From a virus: a stretch of 64,000 nucleotides of DNA. Numbering within the stretch: position 1 is the stretch's first letter; each line of letters opens with the position of its first letter. The DNA lies in IMG/VR virus record IMGVR_UViG_3300047494_000112, positions 64,001 through 128,000 of that record. One strand, 5' to 3'. Made by a program: the position numbers and the translations under genes. Below the pieces are notes generated by a model that searched no databases, had not been told where the DNA came from, and saw only the letters and a program-made list of their open reading frames with translations. Below are positions 20,167 through 28,853 of this stretch, in pieces.

Positions 20167-20954
20167 GAATTTGGACCAATTTGGGCATGATAGGAGATAG
20201 TTTATCTGCTTGCCCTATGCTATTTGAACAGTCAAAAATTGAGCCTATTACAATAGGACCAAACTTTAATCAGTGGGTTTTTTCTGGATTAGATTTTCCT
20301 GTTGTATTTGATAATAACCTAAATCAACAAGATTGCGTTTACAAATTAGATGCTTCATTGGCAATGAATTTTTCAGCTTGTCAGGGTTGGCAATGGCATA
20401 TGGCTCAATCGTACTTTGCCATGAACGGGCTAAAACCAATTCAATTGCCTTGTAGCTTTCCAATTAAATTTGAAATGTGTAATCTAACGCCGGGAATTGT
20501 AATTGCTCCTTATTCGGGCTCTGACTTTCAAGGTAACAAGTTTTGGCCTTTGGACAATTGGAAAGAGCTAGTTCAAAACTTTGATGAGCCTGTTTATCTC
20601 TTAGGGTCAAATCAAAATTATCCCAATGCAGCAACAAATGGTGGAAAGTCAGATACACTAAACTGGATTGAAGGTACAAACATTACTCCAGTATTTGATA
20701 AACCTATGGCATATGTAGCTGACCTACTAATCAAGTGCAAAATGCTAGTATCCATTGATACAGGCATTTCTCATTTAGCACATATGCTAGGAATTAAACA
20801 TCATGCCTTGTTGTATCCTGGATGTTTAGATATACGGTGGGTAAACAATCCTCATGCAAGACATGTTCAAGGATGGCCATCAACAATATCTCCAAATGAA
20901 ATGCTACAATTGTGTAAACAAATTCCGAATTGGAAATTAAATGAAGCTGTATAG
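20163..20954 (+). CDS. GT9 (ADP-heptose:LPS heptosyltransferase-like) glycosyltransferase
   Basis: IGDSLSACP, IVIAPYSG, KFWPLDNW, LVSIDTGISHLAHMLG. Confidence 0.8.
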   Translation: MRIWTNLGMIGDSLSACPMLFEQSKIEPITIGPNFNQWVFSGLDFPVVFDNNLNQQDCVYKLDASLAMNFSACQGWQWHMAQSYFAMNGLKPIQLPCSFPIKFEMCNLTPGIVIAPYSGSDFQGNKFWPLDNWKELVQNFDEPVYLLGSNQNYPNAATNGGKSDTLNWIEGTNITPVFDKPMAYVADLLIKCKMLVSIDTGISHLAHMLGIKHHALLYPGCLDIRWVNNPHARHVQGWPSTISPNEMLQLCKQIPNWKLNEAV

Positions 20955-21648
20955 TGAATATCCTGGCGCGTCCATGGAAATGAAATTTGATCCTGTTCTA
21001 CACTCTTTGCTTGTAGAGCGCATTAAACAAGAAAAAATTGCCACAGTAATTGAGACCGGAACCTATTTGGGTCTTGGTTCTACTACAAATACTGCTAAAG
21101 CTTTTTTGGAAGCCGGCGTTGACCCAGACTCTATTCTTTTTTATACGTTTGAAGCTAATACAGAAAATTACCAAAAGGCTTTAGAAAATCTAAAAGCTTA
21201 TCCTTTTGTAAAACCTATTCATGGTGCCACAATTGAAAAAGAATTGGTTGATTGGTTTATAACAAGAGATTCAGCTCTAATTAATCCTGACCAATATAAC
21301 GATATTTACATTGACGGAGCGGGCGATACTAGACCTGGATACATTGCAGAAAGTTTGGGAACCCCTGAATTAGCTCTTGATCAATGGCTAGGTGAAGGAT
21401 TACTAGCTAAATATTTGGTTGAGGTTCAGCATTTGAATCCACTAATTCTTTTGGACTCGGCTGGAGGCTTAGGTTGGGCAGAGTTTGAAATTACGATAAA
21501 TATAATGCAGTACAACAGATATACTCTGTTGCTTGATGACGTGCATCACGTTAAGCATTTTCGTTCATTGGAATACGCCAAGAAGCATCCTAATTGGACA
21601 ATACTAGGTGAGCAAAATGGCTGGGCCTTAATGAGTTATGATCCATGA
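20941..21648 (+). CDS. SAM-dependent methyltransferase-like protein
   Basis: TVIETGTYLGLGST, YTFEAN, LLLDDV. Confidence 0.65.
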   Translation: MKLYSEYPGASMEMKFDPVLHSLLVERIKQEKIATVIETGTYLGLGSTTNTAKAFLEAGVDPDSILFYTFEANTENYQKALENLKAYPFVKPIHGATIEKELVDWFITRDSALINPDQYNDIYIDGAGDTRPGYIAESLGTPELALDQWLGEGLLAKYLVEVQHLNPLILLDSAGGLGWAEFEITINIMQYNRYTLLLDDVHHVKHFRSLEYAKKHPNWTILGEQNGWALMSYDP

Positions 21649-21866
21649 TTTTTTATGAGATAGTAGGTACATTGTGCTGCATGATTGCAGCAACTTTAAT
21701 GTGTTTTATGCCAAACAAAATGCCTTTGGCTCAAATATTCATGTTATTTTTAGCAGGCGATATAATACTTGGTTGTGTAGCAGCATCGAAGCACATTTTA
21801 TGGTTAACGCTTTTGATGGCTTATTATTGTTTGATCAATCTATATGGCCTTTGGAGATTAATTTAG
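21645..21866 (+). CDS. small membrane protein
   Basis: 73 aa, almost entirely hydrophobic. Confidence 0.5.
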   Translation: MIFYEIVGTLCCMIAATLMCFMPNKMPLAQIFMLFLAGDIILGCVAASKHILWLTLLMAYYCLINLYGLWRLI

Positions 21867-22312
21867 TGACGGAAAAAGAAAAAGATTTGATACAGCGTTT
21901 AAATGGTTTGTTTGAGATAGAATTTAATCTATATTTTGTTACTCATTCAGCTCACTGGAACACGGTAGGAGTAACGTTTTACGAAATTCATCTATTACTC
22001 GAAAAACAATATACCCAAATTTGGGAATCTTTGGATGATATTGCAGAAAAGATTCGTCAATTAGATGCAGTTGCACCTTATGATTTACGCAAAATTGCTG
22101 CAAGTGAGGATATCTTAGACTGTCATGCCATGTCTGTTCAACAAATGGCTGAAACTTTGATGCGTAATCACGAAGTTACTATTGCTTGGATAAAAGGAGC
22201 AATTAGACTTGCAAAGGAAGCGGGCAGAGAAGACTTGGTAAATTACTTAGGTGGGTTGTGGGAGCAACATGGTAAAATGAGATGGATGTTGAGAGCCACA
22301 GCTCAACAGTAA
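21866..22312 (+). CDS. dps: Dps/ferritin-like DNA protection protein
   Basis: THSAHWNTVGVTFYEIHLLLEKQY...DDIAEKIR; probable GTG start at 21866, inside the ORF-track entry 21674-22312. Confidence 0.92.
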   Translation: MTEKEKDLIQRLNGLFEIEFNLYFVTHSAHWNTVGVTFYEIHLLLEKQYTQIWESLDDIAEKIRQLDAVAPYDLRKIAASEDILDCHAMSVQQMAETLMRNHEVTIAWIKGAIRLAKEAGREDLVNYLGGLWEQHGKMRWMLRATAQQ

Positions 22313-22337
22313 CCTAAAAGTGGTAAATAAATCATGT

Positions 22338-22429
22338 GGAAAGGTGGCCGAGTCCGGCTGAAGGCACCTGATTTGAAATCAGACGAACGTGCAAGCGTTC
22401 CGTGGGTTCGAATCCCACCCTTTCCGCCA
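22338..22429 (+). tRNA. tRNA-Ser(TGA)
   Basis: Acceptor GGAAAGG/CCTTTCC, anticodon loop TTTGAAA, long variable arm, GTGGG-TTCGAAT-CCCAC T arm, G73, encoded CCA. Confidence 0.93.
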
Positions 22430-22443
22430 AATGTTATTCTTAT

Positions 22444-22520
22444 TCGGGTGTAGCTCAGTTGGTAGTAGCAGAAGATTGTTAATCTTCAGGTCGTTGGTTC
22501 GAATCCAACCACCCGAGCCA
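22444..22520 (+). tRNA. tRNA-Asn(GTT)
   Basis: Acceptor TCGGGTG/CACCCGA, GAAGA-TTGTTAA-TCTTC anticodon arm, GTTGG-TTCGAAT-CCAAC T arm, G73, CCA. Confidence 0.93.
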
Positions 22521-22543
22521 ATTTTTAACTTAGGAGAAAAACC

Positions 22544-23424
22544 ATGAGATTAATTCGTAATACCCGCACCGATGGTTTGTGCAAATACGCAATTATTCGA
22601 TTGGATAAAATTGACTTAAATACGTTTGATGTTCGTAATCCTAGAGATTTGGCAGAGGCTATAGCCTCTGACTTTTCTGTAGTTGAATTTGGCGAGCCAA
22701 ATTCTGAAAACGAATTTTTTGTTATTAAATTAAAAGATAAAAATGCAAGAAAAGCTTTAAATGCCTACGTAGATTGTGCTAGGGCTGGCCCTGACGGTGA
22801 TAGTGAATATGCAAATGACGTGCAAGAATTAGCAAATCGTGCAGGATTTAATCATCCAAATTGTAAGGTACCAGATTAATGACAAATAACAAAATAGCCT
22901 TTGATAAACAAGACGCTTGAACCTTTAACTACTGGAGAAGAGAAATGGAAAATACTCCAAATGTTGCTGCATTAAAGCAAGTTATTCGAGTTTTGACTGA
23001 GGTTGAAGCTAAAGGTAAATTATTTGATCTAAATATTTTTGCTTGTGAAAGCGAAGAAGCAAAAGATCATGATTGTGGCACTTCTGCTTGTGCTATTGGC
23101 TGGTGCATGTTCGATGATTGGCATAAAAAGCAAGGTTTTACTTTTGCCAAAGATGAAGGTGAGGATGAATTGTATCCAATCTACAAGTTTGTAGAAGACG
23201 GTGAGGAAGTTAGCCTAGACAGCTGGCAAGCTGTTATAGAGTTTTATAAGATTGAGCAAGTGGATGCTGATAGGTTGTTTACAATCCATGCTTATCAGAT
23301 TATAGATAATAAGGGGTTTATAATTGGACCTAAAGTAAATCCAACACCTGCAATGGTAAGAGAAAAAATTGAAGCTTTCATTGCTCCCTACATTCAGGAC
23401 AAAGGTCTAAATTCTCTACTCTAG
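22544..23424 (+). other. two hypothetical ORFs (22544-22879, 22945-23424)
   Basis: ORF track; both preceded by GGAG Shine-Dalgarno sequences. Confidence 0.65.
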
Positions 23425-23479
23425 AATAAAACTGGTAAAGTAGTGACGTTAAAACAAACTCAAACCGGAGAAATCAAAA

Positions 23480-24232
23480 ATGAGCAAATTACATGAAATT
23501 TTGGCTGTTGAAGGTGACCTCAAGAAAACCGCAACGGTAGTTCTTGATGAAGCCAAAAATACTTTGGCGAAAAAACCTGACCATTTCTTGAAAACAGCCA
23601 CGGTAACAAAATACTTTGATGAGAATGACATTAAGCTAAACACCGACGAGTATAAAGCTCTTGTCACTACCGTTGGAGATAAATTGGAATACGTTGGCGA
23701 GATGGTTACTCGTTACTATGATGCTTATCTGCAAAAAGAAGCAACAAATCAGCACGCAAAAGCTGACGTGGTAATAGATGGCAATGTTTTTCTCACGGAT
23801 GTTCCGGTAGTTGTTCTCTTAGGTATGGAGACAAAGCTAAAAGAGTTGCGTGACGTGTACGAAGCCATTCCTACACTACGTCCAGGCCCGGTTTGGGAAA
23901 TTGATCCAAATGAAGGCAAGGGTGTGTATCGTGCCAAGCATGATGAAAAGCGTTTCTTGACAAAGAAAACTCGAAAAGCTTTTGTTAAATCTCCGGCAAC
24001 TGACAAGCATCCAGCTCAGGTGGAGACAATTGATGAGGATGTTGCAGTTGCAGAGCGTGTAGTTACAACTTGGTCTAGCATGTTGTCTGTAACTGAAAAG
24101 TCTTTGCTGTTGGATAGGTTGGACAATTTGATCCAGGCTTTCAAGAAAGCACGTCAGCGTGCAAATGAAGCAGAAATTGTGCCTGCAGAAATGGGTAAAA
24201 AGATTTTCACTTACCTACATGCAGGTACCTAA
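23480..24232 (+). CDS. conserved protein of unknown function (MSKLHEILAVE...HPAQV...KARQRAN type)
   Basis: GGAG SD; resembles a helical family I recall from actinobacteria and phages (DUF7873-like; recall, not searched). Confidence 0.65.
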   Translation: MSKLHEILAVEGDLKKTATVVLDEAKNTLAKKPDHFLKTATVTKYFDENDIKLNTDEYKALVTTVGDKLEYVGEMVTRYYDAYLQKEATNQHAKADVVIDGNVFLTDVPVVVLLGMETKLKELRDVYEAIPTLRPGPVWEIDPNEGKGVYRAKHDEKRFLTKKTRKAFVKSPATDKHPAQVETIDEDVAVAERVVTTWSSMLSVTEKSLLLDRLDNLIQAFKKARQRANEAEIVPAEMGKKIFTYLHAGT

Positions 24233-24240
24233 CAAATAGA

Positions 24241-24551
24241 CATGGTTCCGTCAACTTCACCGTGACGTTGACGTGTTGAGCCATGCACAAGGGTAAACTA
24301 AGCCTAACGCCTAAATCTCAAAATTATCATAATGATGGCCTGTGTCGAAAGCAGTGAGCCATTATTTTTGACCCACCAAAATTATTGGACAAGGCTGCAC
24401 TATGTTCTGATAAGCCAAAATACAATCGGGTCGCTGGTTCAAATCCAGCCTCTTCCTCCAAACTTTTATGGAAGAGTAACTCAGTGGTAGAGTACGATTT
24501 TTCATGATCAGGCAGACAGTAACTGAATACAGCGAATAGATCCAGTATTCA
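24241..24551 (+). ncRNA. structured RNA containing a circularly permuted tRNA-like domain
   Basis: AATCG 24424-28, GGTC, T arm GCTGG-TTCAAAT-CCAGC, CTCTTCC-T-CCA to 24460, 9-nt linker, GGAAGAG 24470-76, TA, D arm ACTC-AGTGGTA-GAGT, A, CGATT 24495-99; flanking helices. The outer boundaries are approximate. Confidence 0.85.
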
Positions 24552-24618
24552 TCATGGCCGAATAGTAAGGCAATAGCTTTGTAAGCTATGGATGCGGGTG
24601 CGATTCCCGTTGATGTAA
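24548..24618 (+). pseudogene. degenerate tRNA-Thr(TGT)-like cloverleaf
   Basis: TTCATCA/TGATGTA acceptor (one mismatch), GCC/GGC D stem, ATAGC-TTTGTAA-GCTAT, GCGGG-TGCGATT-CCCGT; non-canonical T loop, no CCA. Confidence 0.7.
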
Positions 24619-24627
24619 ATATACATA

Positions 24628-24655
24628 GGGGTGGTGGAAGGGTATCCACCACCCC
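24628..24655 (+). terminator. 11-bp GC-rich hairpin closing the RNA locus
   Basis: GGGGTGGTGGA-AGGGTA-TCCACCACCCC; weak U tail. Confidence 0.6.
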
Positions 24656-24678
24656 GCTTGTGTTTAATGGAGTAAAAA

Positions 24679-24927
24679 ATGAGTCAGCCAAAAACCCCAA
24701 TTAATTCTATACCGCACATGTCTGTTGGTGAGTTATCATTAGTGTTCACTACACTTGGATTATCACCTATTGGTTTAGCTAGAGTTTTGGGTGAAAGACC
24801 AAAGGTTATACTGTCTTGGCTAAAAGGCTCTCCTGTTCCTTTTACGGCAGCCATTTTTATGCGTTTGATGGTACTACATCCTGAAATTCTAGATTGGCGG
24901 AAAGAAGTCGCCTACTACCATTTCTAG
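24679..24927 (+). CDS. XRE-like helix-turn-helix protein
   Basis: LGLSPIGLARVLGERPKVILSWLKG. Confidence 0.6.
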   Translation: MSQPKTPINSIPHMSVGELSLVFTTLGLSPIGLARVLGERPKVILSWLKGSPVPFTAAIFMRLMVLHPEILDWRKEVAYYHF

Positions 24928-25101
24928 CATAAAAACTCCGCAAGAAATGTATGAGCTCTGGAAGGCTTTGATTGAGTTAGCTCATGGCACAAATAACGAT
25001 AAAGCTTTCATGAAAGCTGTTGCCGAATACATGTATCAATACAAACGACTAGACTACAATCAACAAGGCGAAATTTCACATCTAATAAATGAGAATCGAG
25101 C

Positions 25102-25884
25102 ATGATCAAAATTTGGATAATGTCTGACCTTCATACTGAAATTACTGGACAAGAATTGCCTATCACCGACGTACCTGAATGTGATTATATTGTTATGGCA
25201 GGTGATTTTTCTAGAGCGTCCCTAAACACACTTCGAAATTTGGCAGGATATTTAGGTAACTCTACAGCCGATATTATTTATGTTGCCGGTAATCATGAAC
25301 ACTACAAATCATTCAGGTCTGTACCGGAAGCCATAAAAACTCTTGAGTCAGATTCACGGAATTTCAAATCACTGTATTTTGCTGAAAACAAGACAGTGAC
25401 TTTTTCAGGTATTCGCTTTATCTGTGCTACTTTGTGGACCGACTACAATTTGTACGGTGATCAGAACAATCACATGAATGTTGCCGAGCGTAGTATGAAC
25501 GATTTTAGCTTAATTCAAGGTGAACATTTTCCTTATTTGCGAGCTATAGACTGTATAGATTGGTATCACAAGTCTTATCAGTTTATCAAAGACGAGCTAT
25601 TAAAGTCTTTCGATGGTAAAACTTTAGTAGTCACTCACCATTTGCCTTCAGAAAAATCCATAAATCCTGTGTATGGAAAATCTAGTTTGAATCCTGCCTT
25701 TGCTAGCAATGCAGAAGAGCTAATTGCGTTAGAGCCAGACCTTTGGATTAACGGACATACTCATAGTAGCACCGATTATTATATCGGCAAGACTCGTATC
25801 CTTTGTAATCCACGTGGCTATTTATTTCGTAATGGTGAATACGAGAATAAACAGTGGGATCCTAAACTTGTCGTGGAGATTTAG
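25102..25884 (+). CDS. calcineurin-like metallophosphoesterase
   Basis: SDLH, AGD, GNHEH, VVTHH, GHTH motifs. Confidence 0.92.
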   Translation: MIKIWIMSDLHTEITGQELPITDVPECDYIVMAGDFSRASLNTLRNLAGYLGNSTADIIYVAGNHEHYKSFRSVPEAIKTLESDSRNFKSLYFAENKTVTFSGIRFICATLWTDYNLYGDQNNHMNVAERSMNDFSLIQGEHFPYLRAIDCIDWYHKSYQFIKDELLKSFDGKTLVVTHHLPSEKSINPVYGKSSLNPAFASNAEELIALEPDLWINGHTHSSTDYYIGKTRILCNPRGYLFRNGEYENKQWDPKLVVEI

Positions 25885-25944
25885 CATGATTCTAGAAAAG
25901 ACCTATTCAGCTTACAACTGGAAAGAAAAACCTAAACTAGAGTA

Positions 25945-26727
25945 TTGGTGGCCAAAATGAAAGAACAGATATTAACCTCCTTGTACCACATTCAAAAAGA
26001 AAAGGCTGTTCAAATTCTATTTGCAGTAGAAAGTGGCAGTCGTGCTTGGGGCTTTGCTAGCCCTGATAGCGATTGGGATGTCAGGTTTGTTTATGCTAGG
26101 CCTATTCGAGACTATGTTAGATTAAAGCTGATACCTGACCATTTAGATTATCAAGACAAAGAAAATGACATTGATTGCACAGGTTGGGATATTCGTAAAG
26201 CTTTATCTCTTCTGTTAAATGGCAATCACGCAATTCGTGAATGGATTAGGTCTCCTATTGTATATGTAAATTTTGAAGACAGCATTGCTAAATTTTCAGC
26301 AATTGCTGAGAGAACTCACGTTAAAACTCGTCTAATGTACTCGTATCGACACATTTTGATAAAGTGCATTAGAGATTATTTGGACTTGGCTACCGAACAG
26401 GTAAATTTAAAAAAGTATTTTTACGGTATTAGGTCCACCTTGGTGATGAAATGGCTTGAAAGTAACGAAGGATTTGTTCCTCCGATAGAATTGCATCAAT
26501 TACTAACCGAAGTAGATATTAGTAATGAAGTGTTGCAAGAAATTGAGCATTTGTTGGAGTTGAAGCAAAAGAGTTCTGAGTTAGGCTTAGGTGCAAGACT
26601 AAAGGCAGTAGATGAAATGCTGTTTGAATATTCTGGTAAATTGGGAGAGAACGCTGATCCAAAACACAGCCAGGTTTTATTGGATCAAGTTGATGAGCTA
26701 GTGTACACAATTACTAAGAGAGCATAG
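25945..26727 (+). CDS. RlaP/YcgL-type Pol-beta nucleotidyltransferase
   Basis: AVESGSRAWGFASPDSDWDVRFVY, GWDIRKAL, EWIRSPIVY, KKYFY. Confidence 0.88.
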   Translation: MVAKMKEQILTSLYHIQKEKAVQILFAVESGSRAWGFASPDSDWDVRFVYARPIRDYVRLKLIPDHLDYQDKENDIDCTGWDIRKALSLLLNGNHAIREWIRSPIVYVNFEDSIAKFSAIAERTHVKTRLMYSYRHILIKCIRDYLDLATEQVNLKKYFYGIRSTLVMKWLESNEGFVPPIELHQLLTEVDISNEVLQEIEHLLELKQKSSELGLGARLKAVDEMLFEYSGKLGENADPKHSQVLLDQVDELVYTITKRA

Positions 26728-26735
26728 GTGATAGA

Positions 26736-26963
26736 ATGGACAACTGGCTAATTGCAGTTCTTGCTATTTCTATATTAGCTCTTTCAATAGGAGAGTCTAT
26801 TAATACAGCTAGTGTATCAAGACTTCAAAACGAAATTGACCAGGAAAACAAGCTAGAAACTCTTGTTATTCAATCTTTAAACGATAAAATTAAAATTCAA
26901 AATTCCACAATTGTGGACATGCAAGCTACAATTGCTAGCTTAATTGAACAGCATCAAAAATAA
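26736..26963 (+). CDS. small membrane-anchored coiled-coil protein
   Basis: N-terminal TM helix followed by heptad repeats. Confidence 0.5.
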   Translation: MDNWLIAVLAISILALSIGESINTASVSRLQNEIDQENKLETLVIQSLNDKIKIQNSTIVDMQATIASLIEQHQK

Positions 26964-26966
26964 ACT

Positions 26967-28583
26967 ATGGCAAAGAGGAAAATGAAATTGACCGTAATTG
27001 AGAAACACAAGGTTGCGATATGGCATGACCATAATCATGATGAGGATTATACAGGATTAAGACTGGCTGTTAAATCTGCTTTTGAAAATGCAATCGCAGC
27101 GGACAAAGTTTTCTTTATGACAGATGCAGATGATTTGTATGGAACATATTTAAAAGCAATACCTGAGGCCGGGCGCAAAGTTCATACCTGTCATGCTTGC
27201 CGTAGATTTATCCAGCAATATGGTGCCTTGGTCCGTGTAAAAGAAGATGGTACCTTGCAATCTGTATTTTGGAATAGTAAGCTAGTGCCTGATTTTTATA
27301 ATGAGATAATTGAACGTCTTCAAAAGAAGGTTGAAAAATCAAAAATCATCAGGCCATTTGTGACTTCAGAAAAAACTTTGGGAACTCCAAAGACAGGCAA
27401 CTGGCATCATTTTGCTGTAGAGATGCCAACTGAGATGGTTTACAAAGGTAAAGTTCTTTCAGCTTTTCAACGTGCAGCTGAAATTAAAGAAAATTATTTA
27501 CAAGTAGAGTCAGCACTAAAGGAGTTCAAAACTCCAATGCTTGATGCTGCTTTATCTTTGTTTACCAGCGAAAGCTTAAATCGCCCTGAAAAGTTTATTG
27601 GTCCGGTCAAATTTTTGCGTGATTTAAAGGACAGACCAAAAGGTAATAAAGGTATCAACCGTTTGTGGAAGGAAGTAGCTATAGCTCCAAATGGTTTTTG
27701 TCATCCTCGTGCGTCTGTTGTAGGCAGCCTGTTGTCTGACTTAGCTGAAGGCAAAGATTTTTTAACTGTTAAGCGTAACTTTGCTTATCAAACAAAATCT
27801 GACAATTATCAGCGAGCAAAGGAAGCACCTTCAGAGGGCAACATTAAAGCTGGAGAAGATATTATCAAGAAGCTAGGTGCTGAAAGATCTCTATATCGTA
27901 GATTTGCTCACATGGGAGATATTTTAAAGTTTACCTGGCAGCCCGCTCAAGAAAAAAGAGCTAAACCCAGCTCAGTATTTGGTGATTTGAAGACACGTAA
28001 GGCTTTAGATACAACTTTATCAGCACCAAAGAGTATAATGACCTGGTACAAATTTTCTAAAGATGTTTTACCTCAAGCACAAAAATTAGAGTTTAAAGCC
28101 CCAAGTCGAGGTAATTACGTTGCGTTGACTACTGCTCTGTATAAAGATGCTCCACCTATCCTTAAATGGGATATGGAAGATAACCGTAATCCTGTTGCCT
28201 TGTATGTTTATACAAACGGATCATATGCTAATGAATGGAGTTTAACAGCTAATGCTTGGGTACAAGTTAAGGCAGTTATTCCTTATCCTACACTTTGGGG
28301 CGACGTGCAATATGATTATCTGGGTAAAGGAGCAATTCTTTTGTTAGAAGGCTGTGTAGATCAAAAAACTCCAAACATGTGCTTGTTCTCTGAAACGCTA
28401 ATAGGTGAATTGTATCCAGCACGTTCTACAATTGAAGCTTTCTCAAATAGCAACTATCTTGCTGGTAAAGACAATGCAGACGCGTGTGGCTATAATTTGA
28501 ATACTTCTGGCTTCATGAATTTAGATGTTCGTGTAACAATTGGTGAAGCTGTCTCAACATATAGAATTGATAGGTGGGACTAA
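26967..28583 (+). CDS. large conserved-looking hypothetical protein (538 aa)
   Basis: ORF track; HTCHACRRF, WHHF and GFCHPR motifs. Confidence 0.75.
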   Translation: MAKRKMKLTVIEKHKVAIWHDHNHDEDYTGLRLAVKSAFENAIAADKVFFMTDADDLYGTYLKAIPEAGRKVHTCHACRRFIQQYGALVRVKEDGTLQSVFWNSKLVPDFYNEIIERLQKKVEKSKIIRPFVTSEKTLGTPKTGNWHHFAVEMPTEMVYKGKVLSAFQRAAEIKENYLQVESALKEFKTPMLDAALSLFTSESLNRPEKFIGPVKFLRDLKDRPKGNKGINRLWKEVAIAPNGFCHPRASVVGSLLSDLAEGKDFLTVKRNFAYQTKSDNYQRAKEAPSEGNIKAGEDIIKKLGAERSLYRRFAHMGDILKFTWQPAQEKRAKPSSVFGDLKTRKALDTTLSAPKSIMTWYKFSKDVLPQAQKLEFKAPSRGNYVALTTALYKDAPPILKWDMEDNRNPVALYVYTNGSYANEWSLTANAWVQVKAVIPYPTLWGDVQYDYLGKGAILLLEGCVDQKTPNMCLFSETLIGELYPARSTIEAFSNSNYLAGKDNADACGYNLNTSGFMNLDVRVTIGEAVSTYRIDRWD

Positions 28584-28853
28584 TGATGAACATAGGTAAA
28601 TGGCACAGATAAAAAATCATGAGCCTGAAACAATTTGGTCCGGCTAAAGCTACTATAGTTAGAGTTTGGCAAAATTATAGTAATACAAAAATCTATTCTC
28701 CTTTAAGAAACATTAGATTAGTGAATGAATGCCAAAGAAGCCTTGTGCAGCATTGTCATCACTGTGATAAGCGAAAGCGTTTTTACAAGGGAATTAAAGG
28801 ACGTTGTGAAGACTGTTTTAAAGCTTACATGAGAGAAGTTAGGAAAAGATAAT

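Noticed and set aside
24424-24530. Two-piece (permuted) tmRNA, with GCA GAC AGT AAC TGA (ADSN*) at 24512 as a tag
   Set aside because: Acceptor has A3-U70 and U73 rather than the G3-U70/A73 alanine identity, a full D stem is present, and the tag would be only 4 codons without an ALAA-type end.
24362-24700. 112-aa minus-strand ORF
   Set aside because: Antisense shadow over the RNA elements; no protein-like motifs.
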